From contig MU058645.1 in assembly GCA_013265495.1 (NCBI GenBank), forward strand, positions 784,995 through 848,994: a DNA stretch of 64,000 bases, given 5' to 3'. The translations under genes were made by a program, and so were the position numbers. Below the pieces are notes generated by a model that was not told the origin of the DNA, made no database searches, and saw only the letters and a program-made list of their open reading frames with translations. Position 1 is the stretch's first letter. Every line of letters starts with the position of its first letter. Below, one piece after another: positions 24,831 through 37,529 of this stretch. The DNA is from Vicugna vicugna. Lineage: Eukaryota.

Positions 24831-25039
24831 TATTTTTATTTCTTATTTCTAAGTACAATTCCATCTCTAATTCTGTGGTCTTGAGCTTTCTTCCTACCTG
24901 GAGAAGGCTCCTTGCCTCCCTCTTGGAACCCACATGCCCGATCTTACTCTCTTGCCATGTTCTGTTTAGTGCCACCATCTTCCGCAAAGCCTTCCTCCAA
25001 CTGCATTTCAATCGGGAGTTCCCGCGGGGTTCTGCTGCT

Positions 25040-25157
25040 AGCTCTTAGGGGACACAGGCTGCGGGAGACCGCTAAGCATCCCACACTGCACAGGACGGCC
25101 CCACAGCAGAGAATCATCTGGCCTCAGATGGCGATAGCGCTGCAGCTGAGGACCCTG
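25040..25157 (+). mobile_element. MER20 hAT-Charlie MITE, 3' half
   Basis: gctaagcatcccacactgcacaggacggccccacagcagagaatcatctggcc...gaggaccctg. Confidence 0.7.
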
Positions 25158-25209
25158 CGGCTGAGATGTGTGTGTGGTATCACTCTTTCTTTCATGTGTG
25201 TGTATGTGT

Positions 25210-25325
25210 GTGTATAACATATACACCTGCTTCTTCCTAATGGGCTCCATCTGGTTCACCATAGCCCCAGCCACTCTGGCTCGGTTCCTGGCTTGCATTA
25301 GGTAGAAGTATCGAGTGAGTGAGAG
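25210..25325 (+). mobile_element. LINE-2 3' terminal fragment
   Basis: ttcaccatagccccagcc...cctggcttgcattagg...gagtgagtga. Confidence 0.45.
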
Positions 25326-25848
25326 AGTTTGCCAAGACAGAACTTTACATGAACAATTTTACCATGCAACTCCTACTGATATGCTGGCCAAAGTGCCAGA
25401 GATTTGGACTCCAGGTAAAAATTTCCATCTTTAAATTTCCATATACAGTTTAAGAGGCCCTTGCATTCTAAGTGGATAAAATAAAGTAAAATTAAATTAA
25501 TCAGTACAATCTCTTGCAATTATTTTTAAACACAATATAAAGGTTTAATGGAGAAGCAAGGAAACCAGAAATAAAACAAGAAGAAAACCTATGGAATGGG
25601 AGAAAATTTTTGCAAGTGAAACCGACAAAGGCTTGATCTCCAAAATATATAAGCAGCTCATACGACTCAATAAGAAAAAAATAAACAACCCAATCCAAAA
25701 ATGGGCAGAAGACCTAAACAAGCAACTCTCCAAGGAAGACATACAAATGATCAAAAAGCACATGAAAAAATGTTCAATATCACTAATTATCAGAGAAATG
25801 CAAATCAAAACTACAATGAGGTATCACCTCACACCAGTCAGAATGGCC

Positions 25849-25988
25849 NNNNNNNNNNNNNNNNNNNNNNNNNNNNNNNNNNNNNNNNNNNNNNNNNNNN
25901 NNNNNNNNNNNNNNNNNNNNNNNNNNNNNNNNNNNNNNNNNNNNNNNNNNNNNNNNNNNNNNNNNNNNNNNNNNNNNNNNNNNNNNNN
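25849..25988. other. Assembly gap (140 N) inside L1
   Basis: Read directly from the sequence. Confidence 0.99.
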
Positions 25989-26051
25989 CTTACCATATGA
26001 CCCAGGAATCCCACTCCTGGGCTTGTACCCAGAAGGAAATCTACTTCAGGA

Positions 26052-26240
26052 NNNNNNNNNNNNNNNNNNNNNNNNNNNNNNNNNNNNNNNNNNNNNNNNN
26101 NNNNNNNNNNNNNNNNNNNNNNNNNNNNNNNNNNNNNNNNNNNNNNNNNNNNNNNNNNNNNNNNNNNNNNNNNNNNNNNNNNNNNNNNNNNNNNNNNNNN
26201 NNNNNNNNNNNNNNNNNNNNNNNNNNNNNNNNNNNNNNNN
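26052..26240. other. Assembly gap (189 N) inside L1
   Basis: Read directly from the sequence. Confidence 0.99.
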
Positions 26241-28344
26241 CATTCTAAGTGAAGTAAGCCAGAAAGAGAAAGAAAAATACCATATGAGATCGCTCATATG
26301 TGGAATCTAAAAAACAAAAACAAACAAACAAACAAAAACAAAGCATAAATACAGGACAGAAATAGACTCATGGACAGAGAATACAGACTTGTGGTTACCA
26401 GGGGGGTAGAGGGTGGGAAGGGATAGACTGGGATTTCAAAATTGTAGAACAGATAAACAAGATTACACTGTATAGCACAGGGAAATATACACAAAATGTT
26501 ATGATAAATCACAGAGAAAAAAATGTGACAATGAGTGTGTATATGTCCATGAATGACTGAAAAATTGTGCTGAACACTGGAATTTGACACAACATTGTAA
26601 AATGATTATAAATCAATAAAAAATGTTTTAAAAAAATGGAGAAGCAAAAATCTGATGCATTTAATCCAATTAACGTCCGGAGTGAGGGGACGCAGAATGC
26701 TGTCAATGATGGTGTCCTTGCCGAAATAAAGGTGGGACCACCTGGCCGGAGGAAGCCCTGGGAGGCAATGTAGGGGCCAGGTCTGCAATAATTTCTGCAA
26801 CGCTTTCTCCCCTAAGCTTCCACCACCGTCAAGGCCACTTGTAGCAAACAGCATCTCTTCTCGAGAGTTAGGTTAGTCCATGCAGCCTCTTTGTCCATCT
26901 TGGGCAGATGTAGGACCCAGAGAGTGGAGGTGATGTCGGCCATCACTTGCCTGCAGGGCTGCAGTGTCTCTCTGCAGGGCATGCAAGTCACAACCATTTG
27001 TGGTGATTCTGCTCTTTTCTTGCAGCTTACCCCAAATTATCAATATCCCCTTTCTCTGGAGAAATGTATCATTACTACACAAGGGGAGAATAAAGTGTCC
27101 AAGATACTTTGGAAACTAAAGAACTTCCTAAGACTGAAACTCACAAGGACCACATGTCATGGATAAAGCCAACTATCTAAAAAGAAGGCGGCCCTAAGAG
27201 ATGGTCTGTAAATGGGGAAGGAGGAGACACTGAAGCGTCCCAGTCCAACAGATGATGCCAGGGTTTAATTTCTAGGAGACATGCTTGAACACAAAAGAAA
27301 GTGCTGAACGAGGCTACTGGATTTTGACTGAGAAAAGACTGTTAGCAGAAGGAGGTGTCTACACAAAGCCTGGAGAAAGGGGAGTCATTGTTGTTGACCT
27401 CTTCTACCCCTTCTAGAAGCTTGCATATCATGACCTTCTCCTGACTGGCTGCCTTTTCACCCAGCTCCCCTTTGGCCTCCTCCGCTCACCACTCTTCCTC
27501 TCTGAGTCAGCTTCCTCCTGTATGAAATGCGAGGCTGGAGTGTCTACCTTGCCACCCAGCGCTGGGCCCGTAGCAGGTACTCGGTCAATGTTAGTTTGCC
27601 TTCTCTGCCTTTGAAAGTTTCCTTTCATCTCTGCCTAAACAAAACCGCCCTTTGCTTGGTGCAGTTAATCTTAAATAAGTTAGGAAGAAAGTCCTTTAAA
27701 TAAATGTATATGAATGTGTTCCTGACTAATAAGTCGTTAGCCCTTCCAAAGGCATCTGGTACTTTTTAGGGTCCAATGGCAACCCAGGAGATTCAACACT
27801 TTGTAGGCATGTTGATTTCAAATAGTACGAGACCCTAAATGAAAAACTCAGCTACCTCAGGATCGTAGTATTTCCCAACCTCATCTTCCACTCCTGAAGC
27901 CAAAGATTCTCTGGGGGGTTTGAGTGTAACTTCCAGGCACTGTTGGCCAAGATTGTCCATGTTCATCCCACTCTATGTGGATCCCTCTTCCTCATCAGGT
28001 ATGTAGTACAAACACAGAGCTAAGAATTCTGTCCTTACCCCTCCTGCACATGGTTACTTGTCCTGCAGTGACCTGGGGAAGAGGGTGCCAGCCACGTGCT
28101 TGTGCACATCGGGTCAGCAGGATGTAGCGGCAGAAACAGCACCTGAAGTGGAGGAAGTCTCCTCGTGCCAGACAGAGTCACTAATTTCTATCAAACAGCC
28201 CAGAGACCCATGTTTGTCCCCCACTGTGCCAAACACAGAAGGCCAGAATTGTCCCTTGATTCTTTGGCATGAAACACTTGTGATCACCAGTTTAGAGGGA
28301 CTCCTTAGTCAGACAGCCCTGGGTACAACTCTTAGATCCACTGT

Positions 28345-28465
28345 TTGATACTTTGCCATTTTGGACAAGTCAGCTAATCCTTTCAATTTTAACTATCCTT
28401 TTCTCTAAAATGGGCTGGGAATGGTAACTGCCTTCTTGGAAGGGTTAACTGTGATCAGATGGGTA
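28345..28465 (+). mobile_element. MIR core
   Basis: ttttggacaagtcagctaatcc...ccttttctctaaaatggg...aactgccttcttggaaggg. Confidence 0.55.
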
Positions 28466-30021
28466 CCAGCTGAACCCAGCGCTCTCTGCTCACATCAACA
28501 CGTGCGAGCTGAGCTGGAGTTCCAACTATCCGTGCTGTTACTACCACCTCCAGGAGAAGCAGGACTTCTGAGTCCCTTCCTAGCCCCGAGCGCTCTTGGG
28601 CGTCTCATGCTGGGACTGGGTGAAAAGTCTTCAGCTCCTCCGTCTACACCACCTGCCATCACACAGTGAGATGCCTTCCTGTCCATCCCTCATCAATGGA
28701 CACATCTCCTTAATGATCTCATACACCAGCTGCCCGTTCTGTCTAGTCTGACAGTTCTCCTAAGAGACAAAAAGAAAGAGACAAATGTTTCTTAAAGGTG
28801 GCAATTCAAGCAGATAGATGACTATGAAGCAAAATTTTCATCTCCTCCCAGAACTTTTGTAAGAACTGACAGTCATTGTCCACCAACATCTTAGAATAAC
28901 AGAAGTCTCAACCCCACTCCTGCCCATCTCCGTCCCCCGTACCTGCAGCTGTCACTCTCCTCCACAGCCAACCCCCACCTCAAAGCCAGGATTCCCTGAG
29001 TCTTGTCTCTGCTTCTTTAAAAACTGTGCTGTACGTGAAAAGCTCGAGGCATTAAGAAGTGCAAAAATCAGCCCCACAACATGTTCAAGCAGAGTAAATA
29101 GTATAAGAAGCCCCAAAGTAATGACTGTGTCAAGGAAGATGGTTTTATCGCTGGCATCTTGGTAGCAGATAAAATTATAGTATTGGAAACTTGACAATGG
29201 AGTAATACAAAGGAAATTAGGAGAAAGGTACAAAAAACCCAAAAACAAACAAACAAGCAAAACCTGTTTCTAATCCATGCTGCTTTTTTTCAAAGATGTA
29301 CTTAGGATCAGCTGCCCTGCCGAGAATTTGAGAGTTGTGAGCGACTTTTGGCAGCTAGGTTAAGGTCCTAACAAAGTCATGGGCCGGGTGAGTGTGGCAA
29401 AGCCCATTTCTGGGAGGCCGCAGCCGTGGTGTGTGGTTTCATAGAAGATTTCAAGGAAGCAACAGAAAGTGTCAGAGTATCTCCTCTCCCTCCCCTGACC
29501 GCCCAGCTGTCTGATTCACCTGCCCTGAGAGCCCCGCAATGCATCCTTCCCCATAGATTTGCCTTCCGCATTGCTGCCCGCAGGCTTTCCCTTCCTGGTC
29601 CCTTCAAGCAAGAAGGGGAAGCTGAGCTGGTGTCAGGCCTCGTCACGTAGACAGAGCGCAGACACCCTGTGGTGATGTCACCAGCCACAGCAGTTCAGAG
29701 ATGTCAGCTACCAGCAGCCCAATTCATTGGGAAACTGGAAATGTGGCAGTCCTTGGAGATGCGTGGAGAGACAAGAAAGCCAACTTGGGTTTGTCAAATT
29801 AAGAAAAACAGAGGCTGGAAGACTGTTTCCATAGGTATTCTAATGAGTTTTGAGTTGGGAAGAGAGAGGAGCCATGATGTTAGACAGAATTGCTACCAGA
29901 CGTTTAGATCTGACCAGTAGCGTGCTCCCACAGCCTCACCCTCCGCCTTCCGCCTCGCTCTGGCTCTAATTCATGCCGAGGTTGGAATATTTTTCTTGAA
30001 ATCAGGAACTAGATGGCTGCA

Positions 30022-30474
30022 TTTTTTTTTTAGAATTTTTATTTTTAATTATTTCTTATTGAAGTATAGTGAGTTTACAATGTTGTATCAATTTCTGGTG
30101 CACAGCATAAAGTTTGTCATACATATACATACATATATTCCTTTTCATATTCATTTTCATTACAGGTTACTACAAGATATTGAATGTAGTTCCCTGTGCT
30201 GTACAGAAGAAACTTGTTTATATGTTTTATATATAGTAGTTCGTATCTGCAAATCTCAAACTCCCAATTTATCCCTTCCCACCTCCTTACCCCACTGGTA
30301 ACCGTAAGTTTGTTTTCTACGTCTGTGAGTTTGTTTCTGTTTAGTAAATTAGTTCATTTGTGTCCTTTTTTTTTAATATTCCACATACGAGTGATATCAT
30401 ACAGTATTTTTCTTTCTCTTTCTGGCTTACTGTGCTTAGAATGACGATCTCCAGGTCCGTCCATGCTGCTGCAA
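30022..30474 (-). mobile_element. 5'-truncated cetartiodactyl-type L1 (ORF2 end plus 3' UTR)
   Basis: ttattgaagtatagtgagtttacaatgttgt...ttccacatacgagtgatatcatacagtatt...atctccaggtccgtccatgctgctgcaa. Confidence 0.9.
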
Positions 30475-30914
30475 CCTATCTCTTGAAGTATTTCTACCAT
30501 CCCTAAAATGCTGGGCAATCCTACCACAGCAACACTGGGCTCAGTGGAGCAGACGTTCCCAGCATGCTCCCCTCTGTGTGATGCCCGGCTCGGGGCTGTG
30601 AGAGAAGCAGGTTAAGAAACACACCATTTGTGTCATTAGCACTCGAAATTCTACTGGAATAATCAGACACAGACATAAATAACCATGAAATATGGAGCAA
30701 AGAGTCAGTGTCCTTGAGAAGCAGGGATTCCAAAAAGGGGACGATCGCACCAGCTTGAGGACTGAGAAAGGCTTCCAGCGTGGGCCTCAAAGAATGAAAG
30801 TTTAGAAATTATCTCAAAAACAGAACAAGCAGACTAGTGAATTCCTGCCTGAGGGAACCACGTAAGCAAAGTCACGCCTAAAAGAAAGCACAGGTATATG
30901 GGAATGCATCTGCT

Positions 30915-31030
30915 CAGTCATTAGTTAAGTCAACACTTATCATGGGCCTGTTATAAGCCAGGCACTGTTCTAGGCATTGGAAGCAAAGAAACAAATGAAG
31001 CAGACTGTCCTAGAGCGTCGAGACAGGTCA
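30915..31030 (-). mobile_element. LINE-2 3' fragment
   Basis: tcaacacttatcatgggcctgttataagccaggcactgttctaggcattgga. Confidence 0.55.
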
Positions 31031-31199
31031 TACATCCATCTATTAAAGCGTATCACAGAGCAATGAGTGACGGTCAGAGCAGGGAAATGGGGGAGGAGCT
31101 TTAGTATGTTTTCCTCCACCCAAATCTGCTGGATAAACCAAAAGTGTATGTCACAATTCATAGCCATTTGTGATACAAAAAGGACATAGAGCGATTAAC

Positions 31200-31800
31200 T
31201 GTAATAAACCCAAGAAATGTAAATTAAAGGAAGAATGAGATAATAGTTTTCACCTACAGAGCAGAAAAAAGAAAAATATAAATGACACACAGTGCTGATG
31301 CAGATGTGGGGAAATGAGCTCGCCCCTGCACTTTCGGAAAAAGCATACATCAGGACGATAGCCAGCACTTTGGAAATCGCTGTCAAAAGCAAATAATTCC
31401 ATTTGAAATTTACCCTGCAGAATCAAAGATGAATGTCTGAGGATGTTCACTGCCTCCTTTGTGCTAATGGAGTAATGAAGTAAATCATTTTACATCAGCA
31501 TGAAGAAACACTGTCTAAACACACTGACATGGAAAGATGCCTGTGTTTTACATGAACAAAGGCAAGTTGCATGATAGTGTAGAGCGTGAGATTCTAATTT
31601 TAGCATAAATATTTGCATAAGCCTATGCATACGTAAAAGATATCCATGTGAGCAAGAATCAGAAAGGCGCCCATCAGGTGACTCACTGAGGCTGTGGCTG
31701 GCAGGTGACAAGGAGAAGGGGCGACTTCCTGATCACTTGGTATATTTCAGAAGGCCTGAATTTATATAATGAGCAAGATCACGTCTCAAGTTTAACGTTA
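31200..31800 (+). mobile_element. Ancient L1ME-like 3' region
   Basis: aaatgtaaattaaa...aatgagata...gtgctgatgcagatgtgggga...ggatgttcactgc...acatggaaagatg. Confidence 0.6.
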
Positions 31801-31879
31801 GAAATTAAAGGTAAATGTTAGACATTTAGATAAGATGGAACAAAAAGAGTAGAAGCCAGAGCACTAAACAAGCACCTTC

Positions 31880-32460
31880 TCAGTGCTGGTGGGTGCAGAG
31901 GAGTGGGCACCCGCACACCCCGATGCTGGGGCGCTACCCTGGCGCGTTTCTGGAGGGCACCCTTGGATTTCTTTGAAGTATTTATATACTTAGTTACACT
32001 AAATACACTTTTAAGAATCTATCCTAAGGGACCATCGGATACACAAAGATGTATGGAAAAGGATGCCCATTACCACTTTAGTTACAATAGTGAAAAATTT
32101 AAAGAAACTTATCTTAATTATAGATTAATCATTTTATAAATCACATTCAGATATACAAATAGACTGTAAGACAGCATCCAAAATCACGTTTTCGAAGATT
32201 ATTGAGTGATGTGGGGAACTGTTTGCCATAGATGCTAAGTATAAAAAGCCAAGATGCACATGTCTTTACATTGCATAATCCTTGTCATACACACACTTAA
32301 AGGTATATACATCCACTAACGTTAGGAAAAACTCATCCAAAAAGTCAATAGTGTTGACCTCTTGGCAAGAAAGTTAGAATTAGTTTAACTTATTCTTTTC
32401 ACAGTTTTAGTTTTTCCTAAATGTTCTTCAACGAACATTCATTCCTTTATAATCAGAATG
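31880..32460 (+). mobile_element. Second ancient L1ME-like 3' region
   Basis: ttctggagggca...aagaatctatcctaagg...acaaagatgtatggaaaaggatg...tgctaagtataaaaagccaagatgca. Confidence 0.6.
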
Positions 32461-33279
32461 ATGTTAATAAGAGAAGAAGTAATAAATTAGTACACCTGTT
32501 GGTCCCAAAGTTCATTGGATTTTCATCTGGTCTCTTTGCTCAACTCGAAAAGCCTCTGCAGATAACTCAGCTAAAGGGAGAATTACCGCCATAAAGCAGC
32601 TGCACCTCACACATCCCTCACTGCCCACTTTTTACAGATTCCCACTTGTCTTACGGATGTTGAGATGCATTAATGTTCGGGGTTCCTGGTCCCTGGGAGA
32701 TAGATGAGCCCCAGATCCAGGCAGCATCTGTTAGTCCAACAGAAGGCCGTTCCTCAGCAGAAATTGAAATGGATGCTGTTTACTCTAACAAATGCTGATT
32801 GCATTGCGGGCGTATAAATCACGTGCTCCCGTGTGGAACCAAAGGATCCAAGCTGCGGCGAGCCAGAGTCTGTGTAAACAACACCTTGTCCATCTCTACC
32901 CTCAGCCCCTAAAGCAAGTCCAGCTCCAGCAAAAGTCAGGTCATCCCGTGTGTAACCCGTGCTGATTTATACCCAACTCATCATGCACCACCAGAGTGTC
33001 ATGTGGCCCAGCTGTGCTGTAGACGCTGAGGTTTCGTGGCTGCGGGAGATGCTGGAAAAGCCAGAACCTCAGCCAGAACCCACTGCAACAAACACATCCA
33101 TTCAGGTCACCTGCAAATCCTCCTTGAAAAGCCCCTGGCTGGGCCGGCAGTGACAGCATTGCACAAGTTCCTCTTCTGCATTCACGTTCTAAAGCTCAGC
33201 CAGAGTCGTGTTATTATCCCACACCAAACGTTCCCAAATACCAGGTAGCAGCTTAGAACTTGACACATTTTCTAATTTC

Positions 33280-33432
33280 TTCCTCACAGCTGCCCTGTGA
33301 GACCAGGAGCTTCTAGTATCCCCATTTCATAGACGAGGAACCAGGACTCAGAGAGGTTAAGGAAAGTGCCCAAAGTCACACAGCTGTGGCTGGAGGGGCT
33401 GGGATTTGAATCCAGGTGATCTGGCTCCGCAT
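33280..33432 (-). mobile_element. Well-preserved MIR
   Basis: ccccatttcatagacgaggaaccaggactcagagaggttaagg...cccaaagtcacacagct...gggatttgaatccagg. Confidence 0.85.
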
Positions 33433-36400
33433 CCCCACACACACCTGCCATGTGTGACATCTGCCACGTGGGTTTTAGCAGCACCGGTGTCGTGGGACTT
33501 GTGATGGCGGTAACGCAGAGTGTTTTCTTTTACTTGGTGTAAAGTAAGCGTTCAAGGGATATTAGCCATTGTTATTAAACCTCCAATAAAAGGCTTCAGG
33601 GAGAGAGAAGGAAGAACAAATCTTACTAGGGGCTTCTGTTACTACCCACCCTCTTGTCCTGCAGTCATGTTCCCCTCAGTACAAGGTCATGTCTGAACCA
33701 CCTTGCCAAGCGGGTCCCGTGCATCTCGGGGCGCCTTCAGGCTCCGACAGTCCCAGAGAAGGAAGAATCCAGAGAGAGTCCGGGCGAGTGTTCAAGGTGA
33801 CCCTGTGCGACGTGCCCTGGGCAGCCTCTCCGTGCTGGGCGGTTGAGTGGGATAATGATTTCTGACCTTATTGTCTTCACCTGCTAATCAGAATTAATTG
33901 GCTAAAATGATTTTAAATTCCAGGCCCTCCACATATCAGTGCCTAATTACGGTGTATCATTCACTCAGAATAAATACCTGGACCCTGGAGAGGAAGCGTC
34001 TCTCCTCAGCCCTTTAATGAGGAGTCAGTACTGGACTTGGGCTCAGTCACAGCTTCTCGAAATTCAAGAAAAATAACAAATGGTTTTTCTCTCTCGTTTC
34101 TTAACTAAATGGATTAAATAGAAGGAGAAAGAGCCTTAAAATCATGGACCTTTTTTTCCTTTTACAGGCACTGTAAGATTGTCCATTCCATGGGACAGCT
34201 GCTGCTGGCACAGACTCTGAGGCTCTGGGATGTTCTGGCCTCCTGCATCAGGGACGTCTGACGTTTCAGTTGTAAACTTGCTGCACATCACAAACCACCT
34301 CCAGTCACGTGCCACAGGACAAACGCCCATTTCCACGTCCCCTGCCCCTTCCAATGACACAGGATGCTCTCAAAACTTCAGGTGTTCCCTCTCATCACGG
34401 CCTCTGCAGTGTGACTGACGGTGCCCTCGTACTCAGTACTGATCAGAACCACAGTTATAAAGACGCAAAAAGTCACCCCAGCAAACAATGAGGACCTAGC
34501 ATAAAGAAATTCAGTCACGTTCCACTTGGCTGACCTCGAATAATGAGTATGTTTGCCCAGATTTTATGACAAACGATCTAGAAAAAGCCTGGATGCCCCC
34601 CAACCCCCACATCCTCCCCTACCCCACCCCCAAGTTCCTTTTACATCAAGAAAACTGTTACCCTATAAAGATTTTTAAACGCATGTCTTCAGCATCTCTA
34701 AGCCATTATAGAAATCATACCAATAATCACTTCACATAGCCCTAGACCCAAAACTCAGGAGGGTCTCGGGCATTCTAGTCCTGACAAAGCCTCTTTGACG
34801 TAACCTGATGACATCTCCTCAACTCTGCAATTATCCCGGCTCTGCTGCCGAGGTCTCGACCCTCCACGTCCCTTCCTGCCCGAGCTGGCCAGCCCACTCT
34901 TCCACCAGTGGCTTCCAGGAACTTGCCGAAGGACCGAGCCCAGCAGACAACCTGAGAGGCAAGGACGCCTGAAGGTTAGAGCACTAACACGCGTGCACAT
35001 TTTATAGGTGGAAGAGTGATGCAGAAATAAGCAGACTCGTCCCCGGGTGACGGGATGAGTCAGGAGGTTCCAGGAATAGCCCACAGAGTCACATCTCCTG
35101 TTACCTCTCGGCATCACCACTCGAATTCCTCTGTGAGGGCACAGTGACCTCACACATGTTCCGGCCCAAAAATATTTGTCTTGAGTCCCATTCCAACTCT
35201 TCTCAAGCTGGAATAAATTCAACTTTCCATCTTCCTTCCTTAAAATGGACAACAAATATCCGTGTTAAAATCTTACTTCAAATGTGTGTTTAGGAATTTG
35301 TAACTTTGTGGGGGGCTACTCGCCATAAATCCAGCTTTCCAGAGGCCTTCCTCCCAGGCCAGGGGTGTGCGAACAGCAAAGGCAGTCTGGGAAGCGGTGT
35401 GTTGCGCTGGCAGGTAGGTGAGCACTACTGAAGAGCCGTCCGCTATTGCATTTGACACAGAGGCCAGGAAAATTCTCCAAGGCTTGAAAACAGACAAACT
35501 TGGACTCACATGAATGAGGGAAAAAAGGGAGGAAGTGGGGAAGGTGGGGAGGAAGCCTTACCTTAGTGGTAATTATGGACCAGTCGATGCAAATTTAATG
35601 TTCAATTAAATATTAGAATTTCTTACAAATAAAGGTTCTTCTGCAAATGCACACTAAGAATCATGATGGTAGAAGTGGGAGAAAATCCTGTCTGATCCAT
35701 CCCAGCTCCTTCTCTAACAATGACGGGCCTCGGTGGTATGGGTTAAGCAATGGGCACGATGTCTCGGGGCTCAGGAAGAATGTTACTTTCGGAAACAACA
35801 GAGAAAGGTAATCGTCTAGGAGATTCAGAAAGGCTCTCATGAACCTGTGGGGACGTTGCAAGCAAAGAGATCCAGTGGAGTGAAGGGAAGAAGGCAGACC
35901 ACTGCTCTCACCATGATTTCCTGTTGGAATAGATGGTCAGGAAGTGGAATTAAGGCCACGTCTATACAGGACGGCAAGCTCCTGTGCTAGAACACAAGGA
36001 AGTTTTCTAAGTGACGTCAATGAATGTGATATATCAGCCCTAAAACATGATGAAATTTAATACTGATACAACTCAGTTTAAAAAGAAAAGTCTTAGCATG
36101 TTGTGTCGCTAGTTCTAACTAACAAGAGAAGGCTACAAATGCAGTGACCTTATTTTCAAAGACATAAAGTAAATTAAAATAATAAAATGTTGCCAGGAAG
36201 GGGTCCAAGTTAGTCTTCTTAGGTCAGTGGCCCCTTAATGATTCTGAGTAGATGAACCGGAGCTTCCAAAGTGCCAACGTGGGTATTCTGAAGCCTTCAT
36301 TTGCTAAAAAGTAAGCCTTCCAACTGAAGTTTGTTTTGCCATGTTGATTTCCTAACAAACTACATTGTTACAGTGAGTGCAAAGACAAATGTCAGACTAG

Positions 36401-36587
36401 CCCCAGTGAATTGCTTCAAATGCCTAATTAATGCACTGTGAAGCAATGAGTTGCCTTAATACAGAGAGAAGGTATGGGGATGTTTCCCAAAAGTATGTTC
36501 TAGGGAAAGTCTGGTCCTAAGAAGTTCTGTGAAAAGGTCTTCAAGGACAAATGTAATAATAATAAATAATAGTATTAGCAACAACAA

Positions 36588-36624
<37 letters not shown>

Positions 36625-36625
36625 A
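36588..36625. repeat. Compound (CT)n(CA)n microsatellite
   Basis: Read directly from the sequence. Confidence 0.95.
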
Positions 36626-36709
36626 TGCACACTATTTTACACCAGGCCCTATGCTGAGAACCAGTCTGCATGGGAAGCCTGGCATCTTCCATCTCTTTTT
36701 TTGTTTTTT

Positions 36710-36857
36710 TTTAAAAACACCTTTGTTGTGGTATGACTCCTGTCCAGTAAACTACGCATAGTTCAGATGTACAATTTGATGAGTTTTGATAGACGTAAAC
36801 ACCAATGAAGCCACCACCACAATCAAGACAACTAACACTTCCATCCCTCCCAAAAGG
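36710..36857 (-). mobile_element. Old L1MB/L1MC-type 3' terminus
   Basis: gtacaatttgatgagttttga...accaccacaatcaagaca...cttccatccctcccaaaaggt. Confidence 0.75.
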
Positions 36858-36984
36858 TGCAAATTTTTAACTCCCGGTTTATCCCTTCCCACTCCCTTTC
36901 CCCCCGCAACCATAAATGTGTTCTCTATGTCTGTGAGTCTGTTTCTGTTTTGTGCATAAGTTCATTTGTGTTATTTTTTTAGAT
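36858..36984 (-). mobile_element. Younger L1 3' UTR fragment
   Basis: tttatcccttccc...tctatgtctgtgagtctgtttctgttttgtgcataagttcatttgtg. Confidence 0.8.
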
Positions 36985-37009
36985 AAGAAGTTGTGAGAGG
37001 TACATACAT

Positions 37010-37186
37010 ATATATATATATAATGGAATACTACTCAGCCATAAGAAAGAATAAAATAATGCCAATTGCAGCAACATGGATGGACCTGGAGATCATTGTA
37101 CTGAGTGAAGTAAGCCAGAAAGAGAAAGCAAAATACCAAATGACATCACTTATATGTGGAATCTAAAAACCAGGGCACAAATGAAC
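37010..37186 (+). mobile_element. L1 ORF2 C-terminal fragment, opposite orientation to its neighbour
   Basis: aatggaatactactcagccataagaaagaat...gcagcaacatggatggacctggagatc...cacttatatgtggaatctaaaaa. Confidence 0.85.
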
Positions 37187-37529
37187 GTGTCCTCTAACAC
37201 CTCTTGTCCACACACAGGGTGTCCTGGCACTTGACGCTGTGACAGGCCCTAAGGCAAAGGGGTCTCTTCAACTTTGTTTAATCTGATCTACTGTAAACTA
37301 ATTTGGCAATGGAGCCCCATTTCTGCATAACACCTAACCACAGATGTGAAACCCTGAGACATAGTCAAATCCAGTCTACAAATATTCATTAAATGCCATT
37401 TTTTTTGCCAAGCCCTGAACTAAGCAAATATTAGAAAGAGAGAAAATAGTCAAGAACTGAAGATTCAAGTCAGAACCACTTTAAAAGACTAAACCCATGA
37501 AACATAACGCGGTCTTATTTTTATGAGAA

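Larger units (their letters stand above)
25591..26310 (+). pseudogene. LINE-1 ORF2p C-terminal fragment; truncated and not expected to be a functional gene
   Basis: EWEKIFAS...[21 protein letters not shown]...[17 protein letters not shown]...LPYDPGIPLLGLYP...ILSEVSQKEK; frame stays open across the N runs. Confidence 0.9.
25560..26634 (+). mobile_element. Young 5'-truncated camelid-type LINE-1 with perfect 13-bp TSD
   Basis: ORF2 C-terminus, 3' UTR and A tail; TSD aatggagaagcaa at 25547-25559 and 26635-26647. Confidence 0.95.

Noticed and set aside
34755-35255. 166-aa minus-strand ORF
   Set aside because: No recognisable domain; composition typical of random GC-rich sequence
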